Notes under the pieces: generated by a model
Told to the model about the DNA's origin: nothing
Seen by the model: only the letters and a program-made list of their open reading frames with translations
Databases searched by the model: none
NCBI GenBank assembly: GCA_035605035.1
Contig: DATNHI010000106.1
Span: forward strand, 849 to 64,848
Direction: 5' to 3'
Source: Verrucomicrobiia bacterium
GTDB taxonomy: Bacteria; Verrucomicrobiota; Verrucomicrobiia; Limisphaerales; UBA11358
DNA: 64,000 nucleotides
Position numbers and translations under genes: made by a program
Shown: piece after piece, positions 17,470 to 25,866 of the stretch
How the letters are laid out: every line of letters begins with the position of its first letter
How positions within the stretch are numbered: position 1 is the stretch's first letter

Positions 17470-19185
17470 TTACTGTTCGGCAGCTTGCGGCGGAATATTT
17501 GTATAACTGGCGTCTTCATGCACCCGATTGCCGGCAGGGTCAATGATTGTTGCGGTGACAAACACGAGCGTGTGCCGATTAAGAGAGTTTGTTTTGCTGC
17601 CATCAAGTTCTGCAAGCGCGGCGTCTGTTTGAACTTGATTGTCCTTCAGTCCAAAAACCAGCGTCTGATCGTCAAAAAGATTTACTGAATTCGTTGTTGA
17701 TTGCACACGAAATTGAGGCGACACCGTTGGCACGTCAATTTCCTGCCCGGCTGAATTATAAGCTGGTGTCGTGTTTGTAGATTGAGCGTAACCCAAAAAT
17801 TCAACCACCGAAGCGATGACAGGCAATTCGATGGTATAACTGTCAGGCAGCACGCGCGGTATCGCGTCGAGAACCGGTCCCGTTTCAACATTTTCAGTTT
17901 GAGGAACAATGCTGGAAGTGCCATTTGTTTCTTGAAGGCAAAAATTGGTCACGACAGAAATAATCTGTGTTGCCCGCATTTGAACTTGGCGTCCGCTGGT
18001 TAACACCACTTCTGGTTCGGCGAGAGTTTCAACATCATTGCGTGAGCGTAATTGCTTTAACGCAATACGGAAGTTTTCGTCGGTAAGAATACCGGCACTG
18101 GTCGAATCATACCAACCGGCAGATACGTCTTTCGGCATCGTCAGAAATCTTGCTTTGATGTGGATTTGCGGGATGGACGAATTGGTATCCGGACTAAAAC
18201 GCAAATGTGACGATGTTTGCAACGGGCGATTTTTTTCGGCGAGTTCGTCAAGCTGTCGCCGCAAGACGCCGGTTTCACCGCGTAATTTCAGCAATTCGTC
18301 AAATTGGTCTTCTGATAATTTTTTTGCATCGCCAACTTGAGCGAGACGATTTGAATAACTTTCGTTGTCCGTTTGCAATTGCGCGATTTGTTGGTTCAAC
18401 GACGTTTGCTGTTGTTGCAATGCGCCGATTTGTTTTTGCAATTGAATCGAGTAAATGCCGCTGCCAATTGCGGCGACGGCAAATCCAGCGATGAGAATTT
18501 TGTGAATCATAGTCATTCCGAGGGTTGTAGTTGTTAAGGCGACGGTGGTTGAAATTGTAGCGGCCAATCCAACCGGTGCGGATTGGACGGCGTTGGCGGA
18601 AATCAGAACCGCCAGTCCGCTCGCGCCAATCGTCACGTTACGTTTCGATAAAAATTCGCGCAGCCGCTCCACGGCGCGGCTGACGCGCTTTTGCGCGGCA
18701 TCGTCGCTCACGCCGAGCGCCCGGCCAACGGCGCGGAAATCCTGGTTCCGGAAAAAACGGAGCAACAAGGCTTCGCGGTCTTCTTCGCCGAGGCTGTCGA
18801 GCGCTTCATCCAGCGCTGGCCGGATTTGTTCCCAATCTGCGGAAGGTCCGGCATTGGAAAGAAATTGATTCATGGCTTGCCTTTCGTTTGCGAGCCGGCG
18901 CCGGTCATCGCGCAAATGCTTGAGCGCCGCATAGCGCGTGGCACGGTGTAGCCAGCCGGCCAGTGAAGCCTCCACCGCCAGCCGTTCGGCCACCGATCCT
19001 GCTTTGCGCGCCAGGTCCACAAAAACTTTTTGAGCAATGTCTGCCGCCAAATCGGCGGATTCCACCTGCCGCAAGGCGGCGGAATACACGAAGTCCGTGT
19101 GGCGCGTGACGATTTCGCGGAACGCGGCTTCGTCACCGCGCTCGGCGTAGTCGCGGAGCAGTTGGACGTCGGATTTGTCGCTCAC
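17470..19185 (-). CDS. ECF sigma domain / TM / coiled-coil / secretin-like C-terminal fusion protein (paralog A)
   Basis: N-terminal sigma r2/r4 (FREIVTRHTDFVYSAALRQV...LLLRFFRNQDFRAVGRALGVSDDAAQKRVSRAVERLREF). TM segment MIHKILIAGFAVAAIGSGIYSI. Q-rich coiled coil. C-terminus LAEPEVVLTSGRQVQMRATQ...GPVLDAIPRVLPDSYTIELPV...HTLVFVTATIIDPAGN resembles the secretin domain pattern. Confidence 0.75.
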   Translation of the reverse strand: MSDKSDVQLLRDYAERGDEAAFREIVTRHTDFVYSAALRQVESADLAADIAQKVFVDLARKAGSVAERLAVEASLAGWLHRATRYAALKHLRDDRRRLANERQAMNQFLSNAGPSADWEQIRPALDEALDSLGEEDREALLLRFFRNQDFRAVGRALGVSDDAAQKRVSRAVERLREFLSKRNVTIGASGLAVLISANAVQSAPVGLAATISTTVALTTTTLGMTMIHKILIAGFAVAAIGSGIYSIQLQKQIGALQQQQTSLNQQIAQLQTDNESYSNRLAQVGDAKKLSEDQFDELLKLRGETGVLRRQLDELAEKNRPLQTSSHLRFSPDTNSSIPQIHIKARFLTMPKDVSAGWYDSTSAGILTDENFRIALKQLRSRNDVETLAEPEVVLTSGRQVQMRATQIISVVTNFCLQETNGTSSIVPQTENVETGPVLDAIPRVLPDSYTIELPVIASVVEFLGYAQSTNTTPAYNSAGQEIDVPTVSPQFRVQSTTNSVNLFDDQTLVFGLKDNQVQTDAALAELDGSKTNSLNRHTLVFVTATIIDPAGNRVHEDASYTNIPPQAAEQ

Positions 19186-19242
19186 TCACTTATTAAACAA
19201 CCGCGCCAGGAAAAATCCGACAAAGTTTTTCAAAATTTCCTG

Positions 19243-19357
19243 CGTGACGGCTCGGGCGAAAGATCTGAAACCCGCGCAAGCCGCCGCCTGCGCGGCTGTG
19301 CCGAAAATCCATTTTGACGTCGCGCATTTCCGCCGCGACATCGCGGCGAAGGCGTTG
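19243..19357 (+). pseudogene. ghost purD 3' end, copy 2
   Basis: KDLKPAQAAACAAVPKIHFDVAHFRRDIAAKAL versus real GKDLKSAQAAAYAAVEKIHFDGAHFRRDIAAKAL. 46/50 nt over the terminal block; stop lost. Confidence 0.9.
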
Positions 19358-19362
19358 AGGTG

Positions 19363-20988
19363 TTATTGACGTTTTGGAAAATCCCGGCCATCCACAACCG
19401 TCGGCGTCACAAACATCAAGAGGCTTTTTGGCCCAGCCGGCATATTTGTGGATCCAGGCATCCATCCATCGTCGGCCATTTCTGTTGCCATGACAACCGT
19501 CTGGCCGGGAGATAATGTCACTTGATTTGTTAATTGAATTGTCTGCACGTCCGGCTGCGAAGGATCGCCGGTCAATTGGTTTAATTTCGCTCCGAGATTC
19601 AAATTAAAAGTAGAGGAGTTGGTTGAAAAATAGGGCTTCACATCCAGGTTGACGCCGATATTCGTGTAATTCACGCTGGCATTCGCGTTTGTGCCCTCGG
19701 CGGAAAGCACGGGAAACGCCTTGGTCACGGAAATTTGAGCTTGTTCTCCATTGATGGTAACTATTCGCGGTGCGCTGATGACATTGGCGTCACTAGCCCC
19801 TTGCAACGCTTCATTGATGACCTTGAATTGCTGTCCGGTCAGTAAGCCGGTTTTTACACCGTGCGCGTCCGACTTCCACCCAACTCCAAGAACTTGCAAA
19901 TTTTCGGTGGGAAGAGAAACAAATTGTGCCCTCAAGAGAATCTGAATCTTTTCCACTTCCGGCACACTGTTCGTCTCCGTTTGCGCCGCGACCGGTAAAG
20001 CATTTTGCTGCCGCCTCAATTGCGTCATTTCGCCGCGCAATCTCAGAAGTTCCGTCTCGTTGGCGCGCAATTGTTTGTTTTCCTGTTGAAGTGACGCCAG
20101 TTGATTTGTCGCCTCGTCACGCTCCTGTTGCAATTGCTGGATTTGTTCGGTCAACGTCGTTTGTTTTTGACGCAGTGAATGAATTTGGTTTTGCAGTTGA
20201 AACGCATAAATGGTCGCACCAACAGCGGCGGCACCCAAGATGATGAAGAGTGTTTTTTGGATTGTGGTCATGGCGATGGCTTTGGTGGCGGCAATTACGG
20301 CTGAAGTGTGAACAGCGGCTCCGGCCAGAACAGCGGCGGTTGAAATGCTCGCAGCCAGCCCAACCGGCGCGGCTTGAACGGCGTTGGCGGAAATCAAAAC
20401 CGCGAGTCCGCTCGCGCCGATGGTCACGCTGCGTTTCGAGAAAAATTCGCGCAATCGTTCGACCGCTCGGCTGACGCGCTTTTGCGCGGCGCCTTCGGAC
20501 GCGCCCAAAACTTCACCGACTTCGCGCAGATTTTTGTTTTCAAAATAGCGGAGCAGAATCGCGCTGCGGTCAGCATCGTCAAGCGTGTCCATGGCTTCGT
20601 CGAGCAGCGGCTCGATTTCGAACCAGACAGGCGGGACGCCTGTGCCACTTTCGGTCGCATTCATATTGTTCATCTCCACGGCGATTTGCTCGCGCAATTG
20701 GCGGCGCGATTCCTTTCGGATTACGTCAATCGCGGTTCGGCGCGTGACGGCGTAAAGCCACGGCGTCAGGGAACTGACAGGCGGGACGCCCGTGCCACCA
20801 ATCTTGCCGGCGTCGCGCGCCAGATCGGCGAAGACGGATTGCGAAACTTCCTCAGCCAGTTGCGGTGAGCGGACTTGCCGCAACGCGGCGGAATGAACCA
20901 GATCCAGGTGCCGCCTGACAATTTCGGCGAAGGCGTCCTGTGAATTTTCCCGCGTGTATTGCCGTAGCAAATCCAAATCGCTTGTCAT
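19363..20988 (-). CDS. ECF sigma domain / TM / coiled-coil / secretin-like fusion protein (paralog B)
   Basis: Start chosen at MTSDLDLLRQYTRENSQDAFAEIVRRHLDLVHSAALRQV (ATG at 20988). The segment VSRAVERLREFFSKRSVTIGASGLAVLISANAVQAAPVGLAASIS is near identical to paralog A. C-terminus VISAPRIVTINGEQAQISVTKAFPV...IGVNLDVKPYF...LLMFVTPTVV is secretin-like. Confidence 0.75.
   Translation of the reverse strand: MTSDLDLLRQYTRENSQDAFAEIVRRHLDLVHSAALRQVRSPQLAEEVSQSVFADLARDAGKIGGTGVPPVSSLTPWLYAVTRRTAIDVIRKESRRQLREQIAVEMNNMNATESGTGVPPVWFEIEPLLDEAMDTLDDADRSAILLRYFENKNLREVGEVLGASEGAAQKRVSRAVERLREFFSKRSVTIGASGLAVLISANAVQAAPVGLAASISTAAVLAGAAVHTSAVIAATKAIAMTTIQKTLFIILGAAAVGATIYAFQLQNQIHSLRQKQTTLTEQIQQLQQERDEATNQLASLQQENKQLRANETELLRLRGEMTQLRRQQNALPVAAQTETNSVPEVEKIQILLRAQFVSLPTENLQVLGVGWKSDAHGVKTGLLTGQQFKVINEALQGASDANVISAPRIVTINGEQAQISVTKAFPVLSAEGTNANASVNYTNIGVNLDVKPYFSTNSSTFNLNLGAKLNQLTGDPSQPDVQTIQLTNQVTLSPGQTVVMATEMADDGWMPGSTNMPAGPKSLLMFVTPTVVDGRDFPKRQ
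20627..20793. repeat. two copies of the acaggcgggacgcc(t/c)gt hairpin inside paralog B (in frame)
   Basis: 20627-20643 and 20777-20793. Translated on the minus strand as ...SGTGVPPV... and ...GGTGVPPV.... Paralogs A and C lack them at the aligned positions. Confidence 0.8.
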
Positions 20989-21177
20989 GCTTTTGAAAGT
21001 ATATCGCCGCCGGACGACGAAATCCGACACAATTTCCCCGGTTGAATCCAGGCTCGACGGAGGCTTCCACCCTCCGTAGCAGAGCAACTGCGGAGGACGG
21101 GCGCCCCACCACTTTTCCCGGCGGCCGTGCGCAAGCATCTTTACTTTCGCCGTTTTGTCGCGCATTGTGGAGGCAGC

Positions 21178-21894
21178 ATGACACAACGTTATTTCAGGCT
21201 CTCGATTCTGGTCTTGGCCGGCGTGCTGGTGGCGCAAGTGGCGTCGTCCGCGGACACGACCAACCCGGCGCTGGCGAAGTCGGAGATTTTGGAAGGCAAC
21301 GTCGCCTATCTCCGCGTCAGCCACGTCGCCGCTGGCCTTTCGGATGAAATTGGCGTGGCCAACAGCGCGTTGACGACCACGAACAAAGTTGCCGGAACCG
21401 TCCTGGACCTGCGCTTTGCCGACGGTGACGATGCGGCGGCGGCGACCGCAACCGCAAATCGGCTGGCGGCAAAGAAGCTGCCCCTGGCAATTCTGGTAAA
21501 CGACGAGACGCGTGGCGCAGCGGTAACATTGGCAACGGCCTTGCGTGCGTCGCGGGCGGGGCTGATTTTCGGCAGCGTGCCGGCGGCGGTGAAACCGGAC
21601 ATTGCCGTCGCGGAAGACCCCGCCGACGAGAAAAGGTTTTTTGAAAATCCCTACGCGACGCCGGCCACCAACGCCGTCGCCGCGCTGTCCGGCACAAATG
21701 AATTTCTGCCCTGGGTGGACCATACCAGCGAAGCGGATCTGGTCCGTGCGAAAATCAAGGATGGCGACGAATTTGAAAATCCGCCGCCGCCGCACGCGGC
21801 GGGACCGCAAAAGCCGGTGATTCGCGACCCGGTCCTGGCGCGCGCGGTGGATTTGATCAAGGGACTTGCGATTGTCCGGGAATTCCATCCTTGA
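21178..21894 (+). CDS. secreted S41 (C-terminal processing peptidase)-like protein, probably non-catalytic
   Basis: Signal-like MTQRYFRLSILVLAGVLVAQVASSA. GNVAYLRVS...GTVLDLRFADGDD...PLAILVNDETRGAAVTLATAL aligns to the S41 core, but the SASASE serine motif is replaced. Confidence 0.5.
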   Translation: MTQRYFRLSILVLAGVLVAQVASSADTTNPALAKSEILEGNVAYLRVSHVAAGLSDEIGVANSALTTTNKVAGTVLDLRFADGDDAAAATATANRLAAKKLPLAILVNDETRGAAVTLATALRASRAGLIFGSVPAAVKPDIAVAEDPADEKRFFENPYATPATNAVAALSGTNEFLPWVDHTSEADLVRAKIKDGDEFENPPPPHAAGPQKPVIRDPVLARAVDLIKGLAIVREFHP

Positions 21895-21908
21895 TTTCGG
21901 GTTGACGA

Positions 21909-24122
21909 TTGGCGGTTCGCGACTCACCTTGGACTTTGCGCGGCATGAAAACCATTCTGTTCATTTGCACCGGCAACATCTGCCGCAGCCCGATGGCCGA
22001 GGGGCTTTTTCGCCGGGCGACCGACGGACGCGGGGAATACCGCGTGCTGTCGGCGGGCCTTGGCGCGGCGAACGACCAGCCGCCGACGCCGCATGCGGTG
22101 TCGGCCATGCGCGAACTGGGCATTGACATTACCGGCCACCGCAGCCGGATGCTGACGGCGGGCCTGGCGCAAGAGGCGGATTATATTTTCGGGATGACGC
22201 GCAGCCACGTGGACACGGTCGCGCTGTTGTTTCCGGAGGCGGAGGAAAAGACCTTTTTGCTGCGCGAATTCGACGAAACGCTGGAGCCATTTGAAAAGGA
22301 CATCAGCGACCCGATTGGCAGTTCCTACGAGGTGTATGTGAACTGCCGCAACCAGATCAAGCAGGGCATCGCGTCTCTTTTGAAATTTATGGAACAACAC
22401 GAAACCCCGTCGGCCGCGCCGGCGGCCAAAGCCGTGGCGACCACAAACTTTGCGCTTGGCGCCGACCACGGCGGCTACGAATTGAAAGAGGCGTTGAAAC
22501 AGCATCTGCAGCAACGCGGCTTGAACGTCACGGACTTCGGCGCGAAATCGAAGGAGCCGGCCGACGATTATCCCGACTTCGCCCAACCCGTGGCGCAGGC
22601 CGTGGCTGGCGGGCAGGCGGAGCTTGGCCTGCTCATCTGCACCAGCGGCGTGGGGATGAGCATGACGGCCAACAAAGTGCCGGGTGTCCGGGCCGCCCTG
22701 GTCACCGACGAACCGGCGGCGGCGTTGGCCCGGCGGCACAACGATGCCAATGTGCTCTGCCTCGCCGGCAAATCCACTTCCGTTGAGGCCGGCAAAAAGA
22801 TCCTCGACGCCTTCCTCGACGCGAAATTTGAAGGCGGCCGGCACGAACGCCGCGTCCACAAGATGGAGGCCCGGCCCGTGCCGCCGCAACTCCGTCTGCA
22901 GAGCGTGGATCCGGTCGTGGCCGCCGCCATCGAGCGCGAGCGGCGGCGCCAGCAGGAAAACATCGAGCTGATCGCCAGCGAAAATTTCGTCAGTCCGGCG
23001 GTCCTGGAAGCGCAGGGTTCCGTGCTCACGAACAAATATGCCGAGGGCCTGCCGAAGAAACGCTGGTACGGCGGCTGCGAGAACATTGACACCGTCGAAC
23101 AACTCGCCATTGACCGGGCAAAGCAGCTTTTTGGCGCTGAACACGTGAATGTCCAGCCGCACTCCGGCAGCCAGGCAAACATGGCGGTCTATTTTGCCGT
23201 GCTGAAACCCGGCGATAAAATGCTGACGATGGATTTGAGCCACGGCGGCCATCTGACGCACGGGAACAAGGTGAATTTCTCCGGCAAATTTTTTGAAATT
23301 GTCCACTACGGCGTGCGCAAGGACGACGAGCGGATTGACTACGACCAGCTCGCCGCCCTGGCGCGCGAGCACAAGCCGAGGATGATCACCGTCGGCGCCA
23401 GCGCCTATCCGCGCATCATTGATTTCAAACGCATGGGTGAAATCGCCCGCGAAGTCGGCGCGTATCTGCTGGCCGACATCGCGCACATCGCCGGCCTGGT
23501 GGCGGTGGGAATTCATCCCAGCCCGATTCCGCACGCGGATTTTGTGACGACCACGACGCACAAGACCCTGCGCGGCCCGCGCGGCGGATTGATTTTGTGC
23601 CGCGAAAAAAATGCAAAGGAGATTGATTCCACCGTTTTCCCCGGCATCCAGGGCGGGCCGCTGGAACACGTCATCGCGGCCAAGGCGGTTTGTTTCCAGG
23701 AAGCGTTGCAGCCGTCGTTCAAGGCGTATCAGGAACAGATTGTGAAAAACGCTAAGGCGCTGGCCGAAGGCATGAAGCGCAACGGCTACCGTATCGTTAG
23801 CGGCGGCACGGACAATCACCTGATGCTGGTGGACGTGGGTGTGAAAGACCTCACGGGCAAGGCCTGCCAGACGGCGCTCGACGAAGCCGGCATCACAGTG
23901 AACAAGAACACGATTCCGTTTGAGACGCGCTCACCGTTCCAGGCCAGCGGCGTCCGGCTGGGCACACCGGCCGTGACGACCCGCGGCATGAAGGAACCGG
24001 AAATGGCGGCCATTGCGGACATGATTTCCGAAGTGCTGCTGGACATCAAAAACATCGAGGCGGCGCACAAAGTCCGCGAACGCGTGCGCGAATTGACGGC
24101 GAAATTCCCGCTGCCTTATTGA
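21909..24122 (+). CDS. glyA: single ORF joining LMW protein-tyrosine-phosphatase, ribose-5-phosphate isomerase B and serine hydroxymethyltransferase
   Basis: aa 13-160 [17 protein letters not shown] (LMW-PTP P-loop). aa 178-320 [13 protein letters not shown]...[23 protein letters not shown]...[10 protein letters not shown] (RpiB). aa 328-737 IELIASENF...[10 protein letters not shown]...[13 protein letters not shown] (SHMT). No stop between domains. Likely start 21945. Confidence 0.85.
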   Translation: MAVRDSPWTLRGMKTILFICTGNICRSPMAEGLFRRATDGRGEYRVLSAGLGAANDQPPTPHAVSAMRELGIDITGHRSRMLTAGLAQEADYIFGMTRSHVDTVALLFPEAEEKTFLLREFDETLEPFEKDISDPIGSSYEVYVNCRNQIKQGIASLLKFMEQHETPSAAPAAKAVATTNFALGADHGGYELKEALKQHLQQRGLNVTDFGAKSKEPADDYPDFAQPVAQAVAGGQAELGLLICTSGVGMSMTANKVPGVRAALVTDEPAAALARRHNDANVLCLAGKSTSVEAGKKILDAFLDAKFEGGRHERRVHKMEARPVPPQLRLQSVDPVVAAAIERERRRQQENIELIASENFVSPAVLEAQGSVLTNKYAEGLPKKRWYGGCENIDTVEQLAIDRAKQLFGAEHVNVQPHSGSQANMAVYFAVLKPGDKMLTMDLSHGGHLTHGNKVNFSGKFFEIVHYGVRKDDERIDYDQLAALAREHKPRMITVGASAYPRIIDFKRMGEIAREVGAYLLADIAHIAGLVAVGIHPSPIPHADFVTTTTHKTLRGPRGGLILCREKNAKEIDSTVFPGIQGGPLEHVIAAKAVCFQEALQPSFKAYQEQIVKNAKALAEGMKRNGYRIVSGGTDNHLMLVDVGVKDLTGKACQTALDEAGITVNKNTIPFETRSPFQASGVRLGTPAVTTRGMKEPEMAAIADMISEVLLDIKNIEAAHKVRERVRELTAKFPLPY

Positions 24123-25537
24123 TTGGGCGGTGGAAAAGCCATGTGCTGTTGTTCCCAAGCGCCAAAATCACCATCAGGTTCGGCGTGCAGTTGTGCATGG
24201 CCGTCCGCGAAACCATAAACCTTGACCCATTCCCCGTTGTACAACCAGGGTTGGTTTTCCCGGACAATGATGGTGGAGCCGGGGTTGGTAATGCTTTTCC
24301 ACGATCCTTGATAAACAATTTCGAGTTGACTCAAATTACTGCGAACCGAATTTAAATCGCCGCCCAAATAGGGTGCGGCCTGATCAAAGTTCGTGGGAAG
24401 CTGATCTTCGTTGGCATTTGCATACATGATCATTCCCATCACCGATTGTTTGGCGTTGTTCATCTTGAACAGGGCGGCCTTTTCCTGTGCCGCATGCAAA
24501 TCAACCTTCTCATCTTCCGATTGCTGTTGGTTTGAGGTTGCGAGATCCGGTGAGGCACGCAGCTTCCCAAGTTCGTTTGTCCGTTGGCGAAGCATTCCCA
24601 CTTCACCCCGAAGCCGCAGCAAGTCGTTGAATTGTTCATCCGTCAGTGATTTGGCTTCGCCAACCTCCGCAAGGCGGTTGGAAAAGCCTTCGTTGTCCGC
24701 ATGCAATTGCGCGATTTGCTGGCGCAAAGACGTGTTTTCGTCACGCAATTGAGTTTGGGTTTGATGTTGAACCACCAAAGCGGTTGTCACGCCAGCCACG
24801 ACCAGCGCGCTGACGCCGAGTTTCAGTTGGGTTGCAGTCATAATTTTCAAAAGTGTAAGGGGGGTTCCTGCGCCGGCGGCAATCGAAGCAGTCGAAAGCG
24901 TCGCGGCCAGGTTTGCGGGCGCCAGTTGGACCGCGTTGGCGGAAATCACGGACGACAGCGCGGTCGCCGTCGTGATGCCGCGTTTGGCAAAAATGGTGCG
25001 GAGCTTTTCGAGCGTCCGTTCCACCCGCATCCGCGCGGCGTTTTCGTTGAGGCCAAGCTTCGCGCCGAGTTCGGCGAATTGCTGGTTCTCAAAATAGCGC
25101 AGCAAAACGGCTTCGCGGTCGGTTTCTCTCAGTTCGTGCATGGCGTCGTCCAGCACCGGGCGAACCATTTCCCAATCGGCTTCGGACCCGGGTTGGGCAG
25201 ACGGGGTGCCCGATCCGCTATTTTGAATCGGTTCACGCATAAATTTTTCCTCGCGGTCGCGCCGGCGATTTTCCGTCCGCACGATTTTCGCGGCGGCAAA
25301 GTGAGTGCTGGTATAAAGCCAGCCGGTCAACGTTTCGCGACGCGCAAGCGAACCCGCCTTGCGCGCGAGGTCGGTGAAAACAGTCTGCGCCACATCCTGT
25401 GCCAGATGCGCATCGCCGTTGACCTGTCGCAATGCGGCGGAAAAGACCAGATTGACGTGCCGCCGCACCAGTTCGGCGAAGGCGTCTTCAGAATTGGTGT
25501 TGGCGTAACAACGCAGCAGTTCGGTATCCGGCGTCAT
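24116..25537 (-). CDS. ECF sigma domain / TM / coiled-coil fusion protein with a different C-terminal domain (paralog C)
   Basis: [39 protein letters not shown]... (ATG at 25537). TM and coiled coil as in A and B. C-terminus ...[27 protein letters not shown]... is not secretin-like. 7-nt convergent overlap with the glyA end. Confidence 0.75.
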   Translation of the reverse strand: MTPDTELLRCYANTNSEDAFAELVRRHVNLVFSAALRQVNGDAHLAQDVAQTVFTDLARKAGSLARRETLTGWLYTSTHFAAAKIVRTENRRRDREEKFMREPIQNSGSGTPSAQPGSEADWEMVRPVLDDAMHELRETDREAVLLRYFENQQFAELGAKLGLNENAARMRVERTLEKLRTIFAKRGITTATALSSVISANAVQLAPANLAATLSTASIAAGAGTPLTLLKIMTATQLKLGVSALVVAGVTTALVVQHQTQTQLRDENTSLRQQIAQLHADNEGFSNRLAEVGEAKSLTDEQFNDLLRLRGEVGMLRQRTNELGKLRASPDLATSNQQQSEDEKVDLHAAQEKAALFKMNNAKQSVMGMIMYANANEDQLPTNFDQAAPYLGGDLNSVRSNLSQLEIVYQGSWKSITNPGSTIIVRENQPWLYNGEWVKVYGFADGHAQLHAEPDGDFGAWEQQHMAFPPPNQ

Positions 25538-25658
25538 GTGCAACTTATAGCACCCGCCGAAACGGAAATCGCACAAGAAAAAAGACACGGATTTCAACGA
25601 TTTGCACGAATGGAAACCGCGCAAAGCCGGTAGATGATCATTCGTGTAATTCGTGTCT

Positions 25659-25735
25659 AAAAATCTCTTTGACAACGCGGTCAAGGTGCGGCATTCTAGC
25701 TGTGAGTTGACTGCGAAATTCCCTTGCCGTGTTGA
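25659..25735 (+). pseudogene. ghost glyA 3' end
   Basis: gagttgactgcgaaattccc versus real gaattgacggcgaaattccc (18/20). Reads ...[14 protein letters not shown](frameshift)PC* versus real ...[17 protein letters not shown]. Confidence 0.7.
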
Positions 25736-25866
25736 GGCTGCGCTGCCTCAGACGCTCGGTTGATGTAATCCATTTTGAACTTTTCCGGCCATCGGGCGTC
25801 CAATGCGTGACGGCCTTTCTGTCCGGCAATTGGAATCCGGTCAATCCAACCAGTTTAATTTTGTTT

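Noticed and set aside
20989-21927. Upstream 312 codons of the 854-aa ORF 19363-21927(-).
   Set aside because: The translation is Arg/Gly-rich nonsense. The paralog alignment puts the start at MTSDLDLL (20988). The region is better explained by the plus-strand signal-peptide protein at 21178-21894.
21841-21945. Possible ZTP (pfl) riboswitch upstream of the glyA fusion, because of GGGUUGACGAUUGGCGG.
   Set aside because: The GGUGG...CCACC sub-domain and the CCGCCUGGGC pseudoknot partner are absent, and the spacer is too short.
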